From contig JBMORT010000009.1 in assembly GCA_049319825.1 (NCBI GenBank), forward strand, positions 67,349-131,348: DNA of 64,000 nt, in the 5' to 3' direction. A program made the position numbers and the translations under genes. Under the pieces are notes generated by a model, which did not search any database, had not been told where the DNA came from, and saw nothing but the letters and a program-made list of their open reading frames with translations. Every line of letters starts with the position of its first letter. The stretch's first letter is position 1. Below are positions 10,018 to 20,077 of the stretch, one piece after another. Source of the stretch: Patescibacteria group bacterium. Lineage in GTDB: Bacteria; Patescibacteriota; Patescibacteriia; UBA11705; DATKZF01.

Positions 10018-10077
10018 TGTTCCTCACGACGACGTGGCTACGTTATACAACGAGTTTAAATCCTTCAAAATATCAAC

Positions 10078-10658
10078 ATGTCCAGCAAAATAGCTCAAAT
10101 CAAAAATTTAGTAAAAAATGAATGCGCCAGTCTCGGATTTATTGATGACTGGTTTTATAATGTGCATTTATTGGGAGTGGAAAAGTTCGCCAAAATATTA
10201 TTGAAAAAATGCCCAAGGCCGATAAAGAAATCGTTATGCTCGGAGTGTGGCTGCATGATCTGCAATATATTCATGGAATAAAGGGCGATCATGGCAAAGT
10301 CGGCGCGGCTGAAGCGGTGAAAGTAATGAAGCGATATAATTATCCTGCAAAAACCATTGAACAAGTAAAGGAGATAATTTTATCTCACAGCTGTGATACT
10401 GGCCCAATGCCGAAGACTTTGGAAGGTAAAATTTTGGCTTCAGCCGATGCCATGTCCCATTACATTAATGATTTTTATTTTGCCATTGCCGTTACCGGAG
10501 AGAGAGATTTGAAAACTTTCAAAAAGTGGGCGCTGAAAAAGCTTGATAAAGATTACAATAAAAAAATATTTTTCGGTTTTGCGAAAAAGATGATTGCCGG
10601 GCGGCATCAGACATTAATGGATGTTTTCAAAATGGGTAATTTTAAAAATCAACAATAA
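10078..10658 (+). pseudogene. HD-domain phosphohydrolase, interrupted by a frameshift
   Basis: ORF 10078-10281 (helix-1 His) and ORF 10209-10658 (LHDLQYIHG HD motif) lie in different frames; adding one A to the A6 run at 10204-10209 fuses them seamlessly. Confidence 0.55.
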
Positions 10659-10671
10659 ATTTAAAAAAATT

Positions 10672-11157
10672 ATGACCGATCAAACCGTGAAATCAACCGG
10701 CTGCTGCGAGCCATTTAATCCCCAGCCGTGGCAGGAAAAAGAAATTGTCTGGAAAGACAAAATTTTCGTAAAAGATCATGTGACCAATATTTTTCACATT
10801 CCGATCAACATGGGGAAGAAAGTCGTTAAAAACATGAAATTGATTGAGAAAGCGGGCGCAAAAACTTCATATCAGCTGATGCTGGTGGATGAGAAATCGT
10901 CTTGGGGGTCGGATATATATATTGATGTGGCCAAAGACGTTCCCGGCGCCGAGATGTCCAAGCTTTCCGGCACGTTTTTAACCAAAGTTTTCGAAGGGCC
11001 TTATCAGAATGCCGGCCAGTGGGCGAAAGAAATGGAAAGCTATGTAAAAAGCAAAGGCAAAGAGTTGAAGAAAATATATTTTTCATATACGACCTGTCCC
11101 AAATGCGCCAAAGCGTACGGCAAGAATTACGTGATATTGTTCGCTCAAATCAGTTAA
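10672..11157 (+). CDS. hypothetical protein
   Basis: ORF only; C-terminal CPKC pair; no recognisable family. Confidence 0.45.
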   Translation: MTDQTVKSTGCCEPFNPQPWQEKEIVWKDKIFVKDHVTNIFHIPINMGKKVVKNMKLIEKAGAKTSYQLMLVDEKSSWGSDIYIDVAKDVPGAEMSKLSGTFLTKVFEGPYQNAGQWAKEMESYVKSKGKELKKIYFSYTTCPKCAKAYGKNYVILFAQIS

Positions 11158-11415
11158 AGGATGCGTATGTATCACCTTTGTATCCTCGAACGCGCTGATC
11201 GGACATTAAATACGGGCATTTTCATTGATTTGGAAAAAAGAATCAAGAGCATAATTCAATCGACCTTTGCGTCGAATACACGCGCGAACGCCGGCCAGTG
11301 AAATTGATTTTTTAAAAAAATTCCATGATCGATCGAGTGAGAGCCTCTAAAGAAGAGGCGGGGGTGAAGAAGATGTCGCGAGCGGAGAAGTTTAAGATGA
11401 TTTGAAATAAAAACA

Positions 11416-12282
11416 ATGTTATTTGATAAAATAATTATGGATAATCAAGTCACTGCCACAAAAATCGCTTTATTCAAAGGTAAAGAGATAAGAAAGACGC
11501 TTTTCGAGAATGAATGGTGGTTTTCGGTTATAGATATCGTAGAAGCACTTACAGATAGCGTAAAACCACGTGTTTATTGGAATGCGATGAAAACAAGGGT
11601 AAAAAGCGATGATGGAATTGAGTTGTCTACAATTTGTAGACAACTGAAATTGGAATCCGCTGACGGAAAATGGTACGAAACCGACTGTGCCAATACTGAA
11701 GGCATTTTCCGCATAATTCAGTCGATTCCTTCCCCCAAAGCTGAACCGTTTAAGCGCTGGCTGGCAAAAGTCGGATATGAACGCGTTCAGGAAGTTGAAA
11801 ATCCGGAACTGGCCACCAAGCGCACCAGAATGCTCTATAAACTCAAAGGTTATTCCGATGACTGGATTGAAAAGAGAATGCGCGGCATCGCGATTAGAGA
11901 AGAGCTGACTGGCGAGTGGCGACAGCGAGGAGCGAGAGAGAAAAAAGATTATGAAATTCTTACCGCGGAAATTTCTCAAGCGACGTTTGGCATGACTCCA
12001 AATGAATATAAGAAGCTTAAAGGACTGGAAAGAGAAAATTTGCGGGATCACATGGATGATCTTGAGTTGATTTTCACGATGCTCGGAGAAAGGTCAACGA
12101 CGGAAATTCATCGCGCCAAAGATACGAAAGGAATAAAAAAATTAAAAGATGACGCCAAAGTCGGCGGGCAAATAGCGGGAAACGCGAGAAAAGAGCTGGA
12201 GAAAAAGATAAAAAGACCGATTTCCTCGAAAAACAATTATTTGGAAAAACCTGAAAATAAAAAATTATTATCGGACGCCTAA
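11416..12282 (+). CDS. Bro-N domain protein
   Basis: N-terminal FENEWWFSVIDIVEAL (Bro-N/KilA-N-like signature); charged C-terminal half. Confidence 0.65.
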   Translation: MLFDKIIMDNQVTATKIALFKGKEIRKTLFENEWWFSVIDIVEALTDSVKPRVYWNAMKTRVKSDDGIELSTICRQLKLESADGKWYETDCANTEGIFRIIQSIPSPKAEPFKRWLAKVGYERVQEVENPELATKRTRMLYKLKGYSDDWIEKRMRGIAIREELTGEWRQRGAREKKDYEILTAEISQATFGMTPNEYKKLKGLERENLRDHMDDLELIFTMLGERSTTEIHRAKDTKGIKKLKDDAKVGGQIAGNARKELEKKIKRPISSKNNYLEKPENKKLLSDA

Positions 12283-12292
12283 AATTTCAACT

Positions 12293-13912
12293 ATGCTGGA
12301 AAAGCAATTGGAAAAATATTTTAAATTTAATCAATTTCGTCCCGGCCAAAAAGAAATAATCGAAGCGATTTTAGCGGGCAAAGACGTAGTGGCCTTAATG
12401 CCCACGGGCGGCGGCAAATCCTTGTGCTATCAATTGCCCGCTATTTTACAGGATAAATTAACCATTATCATCTCGCCATTGATCGCGCTGATGAAAGATC
12501 AAGTGGACAGCCTGACCGTCAGAGGGATTCCCGCGGCGTTTATTAATAGTTCAATCTCTCAAGAGGAGATTCGCTCGCGAATGGAAAAAATTTTGGCTGG
12601 CGAGATAAAAATTTTATACGTGGCGCCGGAGCGACTTTCGCTCTTGCGATATAACGAATCTTTTTCAAAATTGAATATCAGTCTTTTGGCCGTGGACGAG
12701 GCGCACTGCGTTTCTTCGTGGGGGCATGATTTTCGCCCCGATTATTTACAAATTAAAGATTATATCAGCGACTTTGAATCGCGGCCGACGGTCGCGGCTT
12801 TTACAGCCACGGCCACGCCCGAGGTTCGGCAGGATATTATTGGCAGACTGGGTTTGATCGAGCCTGTCATTTTTACCAGAGGATTTGATCGGCCAAATCT
12901 GAAATTTTTCGTCCAGAAGGACATTAAGCCTGCGCAAAGAATGGACGAGGTTTTGAGATGGGTAAAATCAATTGAAGGCTCGGGCATCGTCTACGCGCTC
13001 ACCAGAAAAGAAACCGAAGCCATCGCCGACTATCTTGTTCGGCAAGGAATTGACGCTGTTGCTTATCACGCGGGCATGGGCAGTAACTGCCGGGAAGAAA
13101 TTCAAAATGAATTCATGGAAAATAAGCATAAAGTAATCGTGGCCACGATCGCCTTTGGCATGGGCGTGGACAAGGCCGATATTCGGTTTGTCATCCACGC
13201 GGGCATGCCGAGAAACATGGAAGGCTATTATCAAGAAGCCGGCCGAGCGGGCCGGGACGGCGAGATCGCTTATTGCGTGTTGCTGCACAGCAAAAAGGAC
13301 GTGTCCGTTCACAATCATTTCATTTTTTTGGACAGAAACGAAATGCTCAGTCAGGGAAAGAGCTGGGAAGAAATAAACAGATTGATTAACATTAAAAAAA
13401 ATAAATTGGAAAAAATGGCGGAGTACGCGACCGCGGATAAGTGCCGCCGGAAAATGATGCTTGAATATTTTGACGACCCGGCCGCCCGACAGTTGAATCA
13501 AAATTGCCAAGGCTGCGACGTTTGCCTTGATTGGAAAAGCGACAGTCAGCCGCTGGGGAGCGATAATTTTAAAAAGAATGAGGTTATTGGAACCTGTGGC
13601 GGACTAAGCGACACTGTGGCGCAAACAGTCAATTTGTACCGGCAAGATTATTCTATCGAGCAAATCGCCAAAGCTCGAACACTGGGCGAAAGCACCATTT
13701 TCGGCCACCTGATCAAATGGTATTTGGCCGGCGGAGACATTGACTTTGGCGAAATGATCTCGCGCGAAGAAGAAAAGCAAATCTTAACGGCCATGGCCGC
13801 GGCAGACGATTATCAGCGCTTGTCCGCGATCAAGCAGCATTTGCCCGAAGAGATTAGTTATGAAAAGATAAAATTGGTATTTGCTAAGATTAAACGGATT
13901 GATTTGCATTAA
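12293..13912 (+). CDS. recQ: ATP-dependent DNA helicase RecQ
   Basis: Walker A GGGKS; DEAH box (LLAVDEAHCVSSWGHDFRPDY); helicase C and RecQ zinc-binding region. Confidence 0.9.
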   Translation: MLEKQLEKYFKFNQFRPGQKEIIEAILAGKDVVALMPTGGGKSLCYQLPAILQDKLTIIISPLIALMKDQVDSLTVRGIPAAFINSSISQEEIRSRMEKILAGEIKILYVAPERLSLLRYNESFSKLNISLLAVDEAHCVSSWGHDFRPDYLQIKDYISDFESRPTVAAFTATATPEVRQDIIGRLGLIEPVIFTRGFDRPNLKFFVQKDIKPAQRMDEVLRWVKSIEGSGIVYALTRKETEAIADYLVRQGIDAVAYHAGMGSNCREEIQNEFMENKHKVIVATIAFGMGVDKADIRFVIHAGMPRNMEGYYQEAGRAGRDGEIAYCVLLHSKKDVSVHNHFIFLDRNEMLSQGKSWEEINRLINIKKNKLEKMAEYATADKCRRKMMLEYFDDPAARQLNQNCQGCDVCLDWKSDSQPLGSDNFKKNEVIGTCGGLSDTVAQTVNLYRQDYSIEQIAKARTLGESTIFGHLIKWYLAGGDIDFGEMISREEEKQILTAMAAADDYQRLSAIKQHLPEEISYEKIKLVFAKIKRIDLH

Positions 13913-13953
13913 TGAATGAGGTTCGATTTTTTGAAAACGAAAAAAAATTCAAA

Positions 13954-13976
13954 GAAGCGGCCTTAAGCCGCTTTTT
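13954..13976 (+). terminator. rho-independent terminator
   Basis: agcggc-cttaa-gccgct hairpin plus T-run after recQ. Confidence 0.5.
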
Positions 13977-14057
13977 GACATTTCAGGAGGGATATTATAA
14001 ATTATTTTGCTGAATAGCAAAACGCAATCAAGGAAACCAATCGAAAAGGAGAGGGAA

Positions 14058-14669
14058 ATGCCTGATATTTTCGCAATTGCCGGCAAGGCGGCAGGTATCA
14101 TTTCTTTCATCGCTTTCATCCCGTATATCGTGTCGATTTTGCGAAAAAAGACAGTGCCTAATCGCGCGTCCTGGTGGATTTGGGCGATTGTCGGATTTAT
14201 GCTGGCCGGCAGCTACTATTCATCCGGAGCCGAGCATACAATTTGGGTGCCGGTGAGCTATGCGGTCGGCCCGTTAATCACTGCCATTCTTTCAATCAAG
14301 TATGGCGAAGGGGGATGGACTGTATTTGACAGGTGGTGCGTAACAGGAGCGGTCGTGAGTTTGATACCATGGTTTTTGTTCAACTCGCCGCTGATTGCAC
14401 TGCTGATTAACTTGTTCATTGATTTTTTGGGCGCTCTGCCCACAATTCGCAAAGCTTACCGCAAACCGGAAGACGAAGACCGCCTCGCCTGGATTCTATT
14501 TTTCACTGGCAATACGATTAACATGCTGTCTGTGGGAAGATTGGATTTTGCCATTGTTGTTTACCCCGTTTATATGTTTCTCGCCAGCGGTTTGATAACT
14601 GCATTTTTATTTTTCCGGCCTCGGGAAAAAGAGCTCTCAAATGATGTTAAAAGTAACTCGATAACGTAA
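14058..14669 (+). CDS. integral membrane protein, unknown function
   Basis: about 6 TM helices; start taken at MPDIFAIAG. Confidence 0.5.
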   Translation: MPDIFAIAGKAAGIISFIAFIPYIVSILRKKTVPNRASWWIWAIVGFMLAGSYYSSGAEHTIWVPVSYAVGPLITAILSIKYGEGGWTVFDRWCVTGAVVSLIPWFLFNSPLIALLINLFIDFLGALPTIRKAYRKPEDEDRLAWILFFTGNTINMLSVGRLDFAIVVYPVYMFLASGLITAFLFFRPREKELSNDVKSNSIT

Positions 14670-14719
14670 AATTGAAACATTGATCCCTGAGCAATCTCAG
14701 GGATTTTTTAATAAAGTTA

Positions 14720-14748
14720 TTGACAAACTTTTTCAAATATCCTATAAT
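14720..14748 (+). promoter_or_regulatory. consensus sigma-70 promoter upstream of typA
   Basis: TTGACA-17 nt-TATAAT. Confidence 0.5.
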
Positions 14749-14836
14749 TTAACAATCGAATATTTTATTCGCCAATTTAAGCGAATTTTTTATTTCATTT
14801 TTAACTTTCCATTTACTTATAGCAATTCAATATTTT

Positions 14837-16657
14837 ATGAATAATATCCGAAATGTCGCCATCATCGCCCACGTTGACCATGGCAAAACCACTCTTGTTG
14901 ATGCCTTGCTGCGTCAGGCGAAAGTCAAGCTGAGCAAGGAAATTGCGGCGGCTGATTTGATAATGGACAGCAATGATTTGGAAAAAGAGCGCGGCATTAC
15001 CATCTTTTCAAAGAACGCTTCAGTGAATTGGAATGGCACGAAGATCAATATCATTGACACGCCCGGACACGCGGACTTTGGCGGGGAAGTCGAACGCGTG
15101 CTCAATATGGCCGACGGCTGTTTGCTGTTGGTTGATGCTAAAGAAGGACCAATGCCGCAAACGCGTTTTGTGCTGAAAAAAGCTTTGGCCATGAAGCATA
15201 AAATAATTGTGGTTATAAATAAAATCGATAAACCGGATGCTCGGCCGGCTTATGTGCTGGATAAAACAATGGATTTGTTCATCGAGTTGGGAGCCGATGA
15301 TCAGGCGCTGGATTTCCCGGTCGTTTACGCTGCAGCGAAAAAAGGTCTGGCCGGCGCCCAGCCTGATTTGAAGGCCATGAAGGACATCGTGCCAATTTTC
15401 GAGGCGATCTTGAAAAACATTTCCGCGCCTGAAGGCGATGTTCAAAAACCTCTTCAAATATTAGTTTCCAATATCATCGGCGATAATTTTAAAGGCCGCA
15501 TCGCTATCGGCCGCGTCCATAACGGAGTAGTGAAGGCCGGCCAAGACATCATGCATATAAATCGTCAAGGTGAAATGAAAAAAAACCGTCTGGTGTCATT
15601 AATGACTTTTGATGGTCTATCGAGAAAGGAAGTTGATCAAGTCAGCGCCGGCGATATTGTGGCCGTGGCCGGTATTCCGGAAATCACTATCGGCGAGACT
15701 TTGGCCGACACCGCCAACCCGATAGCGTTGCCGGTTTTAAGCATTGATCAGCCGACGGTTAAAATGACTTTTATGGTCAATGATTCTCCATTTGCCGGCC
15801 AAGAAGGGCAGTATACCACGTCGCGGCAAGTGCGTGAGCGATTATATAAAGAACTGGAAAACGACATGGCGCTGAAGGTCGAAGATACCGATGACGGTAA
15901 ATGGACGGTTTCGGGCCGGGGCGAGCTTCATTTGTCAATTTTGATTGAAAGAATGCGGCGCGAAGGTTATGAATTTCAAGTATCACGGCCCCAAGTGATC
16001 AATAAAAAAGCGGATGGGAAAACATTGACTCCATTTGACCGTTTGTTTATCGAAGTCCCGGAAGCGCATTACGGATTGGTCGTTCAGAAATTAAACAGTA
16101 GAAAGGGCGAGCTCAAAGACATGAAAGTGATTGACGGCGTCGCTCACATCGAATACATCATCCCAACCAGAAGCTTATTCGGCTATCGCACCGAATTTTT
16201 AACCGATACGCGAGGCTTGGGCATCATTAATACCTCTTTTTACGATTATTTGCCCGACCCGGGAAATTGGAAGGAGCGGGAGCAGGGATCACTAGTCGCA
16301 CACGAAACCGGCACCACCAATCTTTACGGATTGGTGAATGTTCAATCGCGCGGGGTTTTGTTTTTTGGCCCCGGCGTCCCTGTTTATATGGGGCAGGTCG
16401 TCGGCCAGAATTCTCGTGGCGACGATATCCGAGTGAATGTCTGTAAGACCAAGCAACTGACCAACATGCGCTCAAAAGGAGACGGTCCGATGGAGCATTT
16501 TAACGTGCCGAAGGAAATGAGTCTGGAAGCGGCGATTGAATACATCGGCGATGACGAATTGGTGGAAGTGACGCCTGAAAACATCAGAATCAGAAAAATT
16601 TATCTCGACGAGCTGACCGCTAAAAGAGCAAGGTTTGCGGAAAAAGCGGAAGCTTGA
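14837..16657 (+). CDS. typA: translational GTPase TypA/BipA
   Basis: AHVDHGKTTL G1 motif, DTPGHADF, NKIDK; 606 aa. Confidence 0.95.
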   Translation: MNNIRNVAIIAHVDHGKTTLVDALLRQAKVKLSKEIAAADLIMDSNDLEKERGITIFSKNASVNWNGTKINIIDTPGHADFGGEVERVLNMADGCLLLVDAKEGPMPQTRFVLKKALAMKHKIIVVINKIDKPDARPAYVLDKTMDLFIELGADDQALDFPVVYAAAKKGLAGAQPDLKAMKDIVPIFEAILKNISAPEGDVQKPLQILVSNIIGDNFKGRIAIGRVHNGVVKAGQDIMHINRQGEMKKNRLVSLMTFDGLSRKEVDQVSAGDIVAVAGIPEITIGETLADTANPIALPVLSIDQPTVKMTFMVNDSPFAGQEGQYTTSRQVRERLYKELENDMALKVEDTDDGKWTVSGRGELHLSILIERMRREGYEFQVSRPQVINKKADGKTLTPFDRLFIEVPEAHYGLVVQKLNSRKGELKDMKVIDGVAHIEYIIPTRSLFGYRTEFLTDTRGLGIINTSFYDYLPDPGNWKEREQGSLVAHETGTTNLYGLVNVQSRGVLFFGPGVPVYMGQVVGQNSRGDDIRVNVCKTKQLTNMRSKGDGPMEHFNVPKEMSLEAAIEYIGDDELVEVTPENIRIRKIYLDELTAKRARFAEKAEA

Positions 16658-16689
16658 AGTACGTAGCACATAGCATGGAACATGGAGCA

Positions 16690-16742
16690 AAAATAACGCT
16701 ATCATAACGCAGAATAACGCATATATAAAGCCATATAACGCC
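16690..16742 (+). repeat. array of four ATAACGC heptamers (~10-bp period)
   Basis: aaATAACGCtatcATAACGCagaATAACGCatatataaagccatATAACGCcc; the same heptamer flanks the 4HB cassette at 56276-56775. Confidence 0.5.
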
Positions 16743-16762
16743 CATTCCGGGCGTTTTATTTT
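16737..16762 (+). terminator. rho-independent terminator after typA
   Basis: aacgccc-attcc-gggcgtt hairpin plus TTATTTT. Confidence 0.5.
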
Positions 16763-16815
16763 AGACAAAAACCGTTGATTTTAGTATAATAATTTTATAA
16801 ATAGCCCCTAATATT

Positions 16816-17526
16816 ATGAGGAAAATTATTGGAATTTTCTTGGTTTTCTTTATCGGTTTTTATTTTGCAGCATCAGCCAGCGCTCATCAGCCGAGAATTG
16901 CTGAGGAGGAAGTAATATACGTAGAAAATCCGGAGGTTTCGCAGGCTTTTTACGGAGAGCTTAACGGCGCTCCGGAAATTTACATTATCGATTCAGATCG
17001 GAACTTTCGATTATACGTCGGCATACTTTCTCCTGATATACCCGGAGCGGATAAAGATTTTTCAGTGCGAGTAGCCGAACAGGATACGGATCAGCCGTTT
17101 GAATATCTTTTGGACGCGTCAAAATCGGATTGGGAACTGTTTCACGAGGAATTCGCCAAAGACGATTATTTCAACGGCCCTGAATTAAAAGACACTTCAT
17201 ACGAAGGCGAATTGCCCCGCGGCGTGGAAGTTGGCGCCGGCAAATATCAGCTGACTGTGTTCAGTCCTGATAATTCGGGCAAGTATGTTTTGGTTGTTGG
17301 CGAAAAAGAAGAGTTTCCGCCAAAGGAAATTTGGAACACATTTAAGGTATTACCAAAACTGAAAAAAGATTTTTGGGGTAAAAGCTATCTGAGCGCGTTT
17401 TGGAATCTGATCGGATTATTTTTCCTGATCGCGATTGTGATTGCCGTTGTTATCGTATTATTATTGATTTGGATAACAAAAAAAGTTGTTAAAAGATATG
17501 GCAAAAGTCGAGCCAGGCGTTTATAA
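16816..17526 (+). CDS. secreted/membrane-anchored hypothetical protein
   Basis: N-terminal signal/TM and C-terminal TM anchor followed by a basic tail. Confidence 0.5.
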   Translation: MRKIIGIFLVFFIGFYFAASASAHQPRIAEEEVIYVENPEVSQAFYGELNGAPEIYIIDSDRNFRLYVGILSPDIPGADKDFSVRVAEQDTDQPFEYLLDASKSDWELFHEEFAKDDYFNGPELKDTSYEGELPRGVEVGAGKYQLTVFSPDNSGKYVLVVGEKEEFPPKEIWNTFKVLPKLKKDFWGKSYLSAFWNLIGLFFLIAIVIAVVIVLLLIWITKKVVKRYGKSRARRL

Positions 17527-17740
17527 ACATTTCAAAGGCAAGGAATACGAAGTCATCGGCACTGCCCGCGACAGCGAAACGCTGGCTGAGTTAGTAGTTT
17601 ACCGCGCGCTTTACGATTCGCCGGAATTCGGCCCGAACGCGCTCTGGGTCAGGCCCGTGAAGGAGTTTTTTGATGAGGTGGAGGTGGACGGGGAAAAGAT
17701 CCGCCGTTTCGAAAAAATCAATATCACGAAAGTTTTATGA
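17486..17740 (+). CDS. DUF1653-like small protein
   Basis: YKHFKGKEYEV...VVYRALYD resembles DUF1653. Confidence 0.45.
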   Translation: MLKDMAKVEPGVYKHFKGKEYEVIGTARDSETLAELVVYRALYDSPEFGPNALWVRPVKEFFDEVEVDGEKIRRFEKINITKVL

Positions 17741-18468
17741 CTCGCCAGGAATTTTATAGGAAAAAATATAAGAAGATAAATCCGGAATGGCAGGATAGCC
17801 TGACGCTCTACAAAGAAATTATTGATAAGTATGTTAATCAGGAAACCAGAATTTTGGACATTGGCTGCGGTCATGGCGATTATTTAAAAGATGTTTATAG
17901 CAAAACGAGCTATACTTATGGCATTGATCCAGATCGCAGCGCTCTTTCTAAAAATTCAATAATAAAGAATAAATTTTGTTTCGAGGCCGAGACCTTGTCC
18001 TTTTGCGATAATTTCTTTGATTTAGTTGTCAATGCCTGGGTGATGGAACATCTTATAAATCCATATCCAGTGTTCAAGGAGATTTTTCGGGTATTAAAGC
18101 CTTCTGGCAAGCTGATTTTTTTGACGCCCAACAGTCTTAATTATAATATTTGGATCATCAGAGCCGTGCCTCAAAAATTTCATCATTTTTTCACGCACAA
18201 GCTCTACGATCGGCAGGAACATGACACTTTTTCCAAGTATTATAAGGTGAATTCAATGAAAAAAATTGATAAAATGTTGCTGCCGCTTGGTTTTAATAAG
18301 ATTCAATTTATTTGTAATGGCGATCCCACCTACATCAGTTTCAATAATTTATTTTTCAAGATTGCGGTTTGGATAGAAAATATTATAAATAATAAATTTC
18401 CAGATGCCAAAGTGCATTTAATCGGTATATATGAAAAATCTTCAAAAATTATTTCAAAACTCAGTTAA
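17737..18468 (+). CDS. class I SAM-dependent methyltransferase
   Basis: ILDIGCGHGDY motif I; 4-nt overlap with the upstream gene. Confidence 0.75.
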   Translation: MTRQEFYRKKYKKINPEWQDSLTLYKEIIDKYVNQETRILDIGCGHGDYLKDVYSKTSYTYGIDPDRSALSKNSIIKNKFCFEAETLSFCDNFFDLVVNAWVMEHLINPYPVFKEIFRVLKPSGKLIFLTPNSLNYNIWIIRAVPQKFHHFFTHKLYDRQEHDTFSKYYKVNSMKKIDKMLLPLGFNKIQFICNGDPTYISFNNLFFKIAVWIENIINNKFPDAKVHLIGIYEKSSKIISKLS

Positions 18469-19132
18469 TTTTTTGAAAACAAAAAACAAAATTTTATTTT
18501 TGACCACGTCCAATCGTTGGTTTGGAGAAAAAGGAGGCGAGCAGCCGAAGAGCACTCGTTTGGCGGAAAAAATTGCTGAGCATGTGGGCGGAGATAAAGT
18601 TGAAATCGTTGACGTTTCCAAATTGAAAATTTATCCCTGCGAAGGCAATGTTTCGACCAATGCCGGCAATAATTGCGGGCCCAAAGGCGCGGTACTGAAA
18701 GACCATGAGAAAAATCCCAGCGGCCACCATCGCTGCTGGGCGAGTATCAATAATCCTGACGATGAATTATGGAAAGTTTCCAAGCCGCTGCTCGAGAGCG
18801 ACTGCGTTGTATTTTTCGGATCAATTCGCTGGAGCCAGATGAATTCGATTTATCAGAGATTAATTGAGCGATTAACTTGGCTCGAGAACAGGCGGTCGAC
18901 TTTGGGTGAAGAAGATTTGCTCGGCAAAATTGATGCCGGAATCATTATCCTTGGCCACAATTGGAATGTTGATAAAGTCCTTAAAATTCAGAAGGACGTT
19001 ATATCATACTATGGATTCAAAGTTCAGCGAGACATTTGCTGGGGCTGGCAGTTCACCAAAGACGACCATGATGAGAGCGCTGACACTTACAAAAAAGCGG
19101 CTGATTATTTTAATGAATTTTTAAATCAATAA
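18431..19132 (+). CDS. flavodoxin-like fold protein (NAD(P)H-dependent FMN reductase-like)
   Basis: ILFLTTSNR...GG N-terminal flavodoxin-like signature; weak. Confidence 0.45.
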   Translation: MKNLQKLFQNSVNFLKTKNKILFLTTSNRWFGEKGGEQPKSTRLAEKIAEHVGGDKVEIVDVSKLKIYPCEGNVSTNAGNNCGPKGAVLKDHEKNPSGHHRCWASINNPDDELWKVSKPLLESDCVVFFGSIRWSQMNSIYQRLIERLTWLENRRSTLGEEDLLGKIDAGIIILGHNWNVDKVLKIQKDVISYYGFKVQRDICWGWQFTKDDHDESADTYKKAADYFNEFLNQ

Positions 19133-19134
19133 TT

Positions 19135-19539
19135 ATGCAGGAAGTTTTTTGTGCCATTACAGCTGTAATTAAAGACGATGACAAGTTTTTAATTATAAAA
19201 AAGAGTTGGACAAATTTGTGGAGTATTCCGGGAGGCAAGATTGAATATGGTGAAAATCCCTTTAACACGCTTCATCGAGAAATAAAAGAAGAAGTGGGTC
19301 TTGCGGTCAGGATTATTAAACCAATTGGCATTTGGTGGTTTTTCCGCGTCATTGATGATAAGCAAGTGGTTTGTTTTACCTATTTATGCGAGCCGGAAAA
19401 TGAAGATGTTGATATTTCAAAAAATCCGGGCAAAGATAATATTACTGAATTCAAATGGGTGACCAAAGATGAGTTTTTACAAAATAATGAATACACGCCG
19501 GATCATGAAAGTTTAAGGGAATTAATTAAAAATTTATAA
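19135..19539 (+). CDS. NUDIX hydrolase
   Basis: Nudix box GGKIEYGENPFNTLHREIKEEVGL. Confidence 0.8.
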   Translation: MQEVFCAITAVIKDDDKFLIIKKSWTNLWSIPGGKIEYGENPFNTLHREIKEEVGLAVRIIKPIGIWWFFRVIDDKQVVCFTYLCEPENEDVDISKNPGKDNITEFKWVTKDEFLQNNEYTPDHESLRELIKNL

Positions 19540-19573
19540 TGCTTGAAGCGCAAAATAAATTTTTGAATTATTT

Positions 19574-20074
19574 ATGAAGAATACTTGCTTGATAATCAGA
19601 GGTCCGGCAGGAGTGGGCAAAACTACTTTGGCCAAAAGCCTGCAGAAAGATTTTGATTTTGAATATATCAATTGCGATCAGCTTCGAAGAAAAATATTTG
19701 GAGACGACAAATGGCAAAAAGAATATAAAATTCAAGCGATGCAACACGCCGCTGAGCAGGCGAGTGATTTATTGAATCAAGGTAAGAATGTCATAATTGA
19801 CGATGTGTTTGAATACCCGCAGCAAATTGAAATAATAAAAAAACAATTGCCCATTGCGAAATGGGTAACATTGGAAGGGACAGAGGAGCTTTGCATTAAA
19901 AGAGATATTGGCCGAAAAGAAGGCGAAGACGAGCGCGGATATTGCGGCGAGGAAGCGATCAGATATTTGTATAAACATTATTTGAAAGAACCAATTGAAG
20001 GAGAAATCAAAGTCCAAACCGCGGAAAAAACTTCGAGAGAGGTATCTGAAGAAGTAAAGAAGAAACTGATATGA
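19574..20074 (+). CDS. P-loop NTPase (AAA/kinase-like)
   Basis: Walker A GPAGVGKTT; Walker B-like VIIDDV. Confidence 0.6.
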   Translation: MKNTCLIIRGPAGVGKTTLAKSLQKDFDFEYINCDQLRRKIFGDDKWQKEYKIQAMQHAAEQASDLLNQGKNVIIDDVFEYPQQIEIIKKQLPIAKWVTLEGTEELCIKRDIGRKEGEDERGYCGEEAIRYLYKHYLKEPIEGEIKVQTAEKTSREVSEEVKKKLI

Positions 20075-20077
20075 TCT

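Noticed and set aside
9936-10121. 61-aa ORF overlapping tRNA-Ser
   Set aside because: It overlaps a confidently folded tRNA and is most likely a spurious frame.
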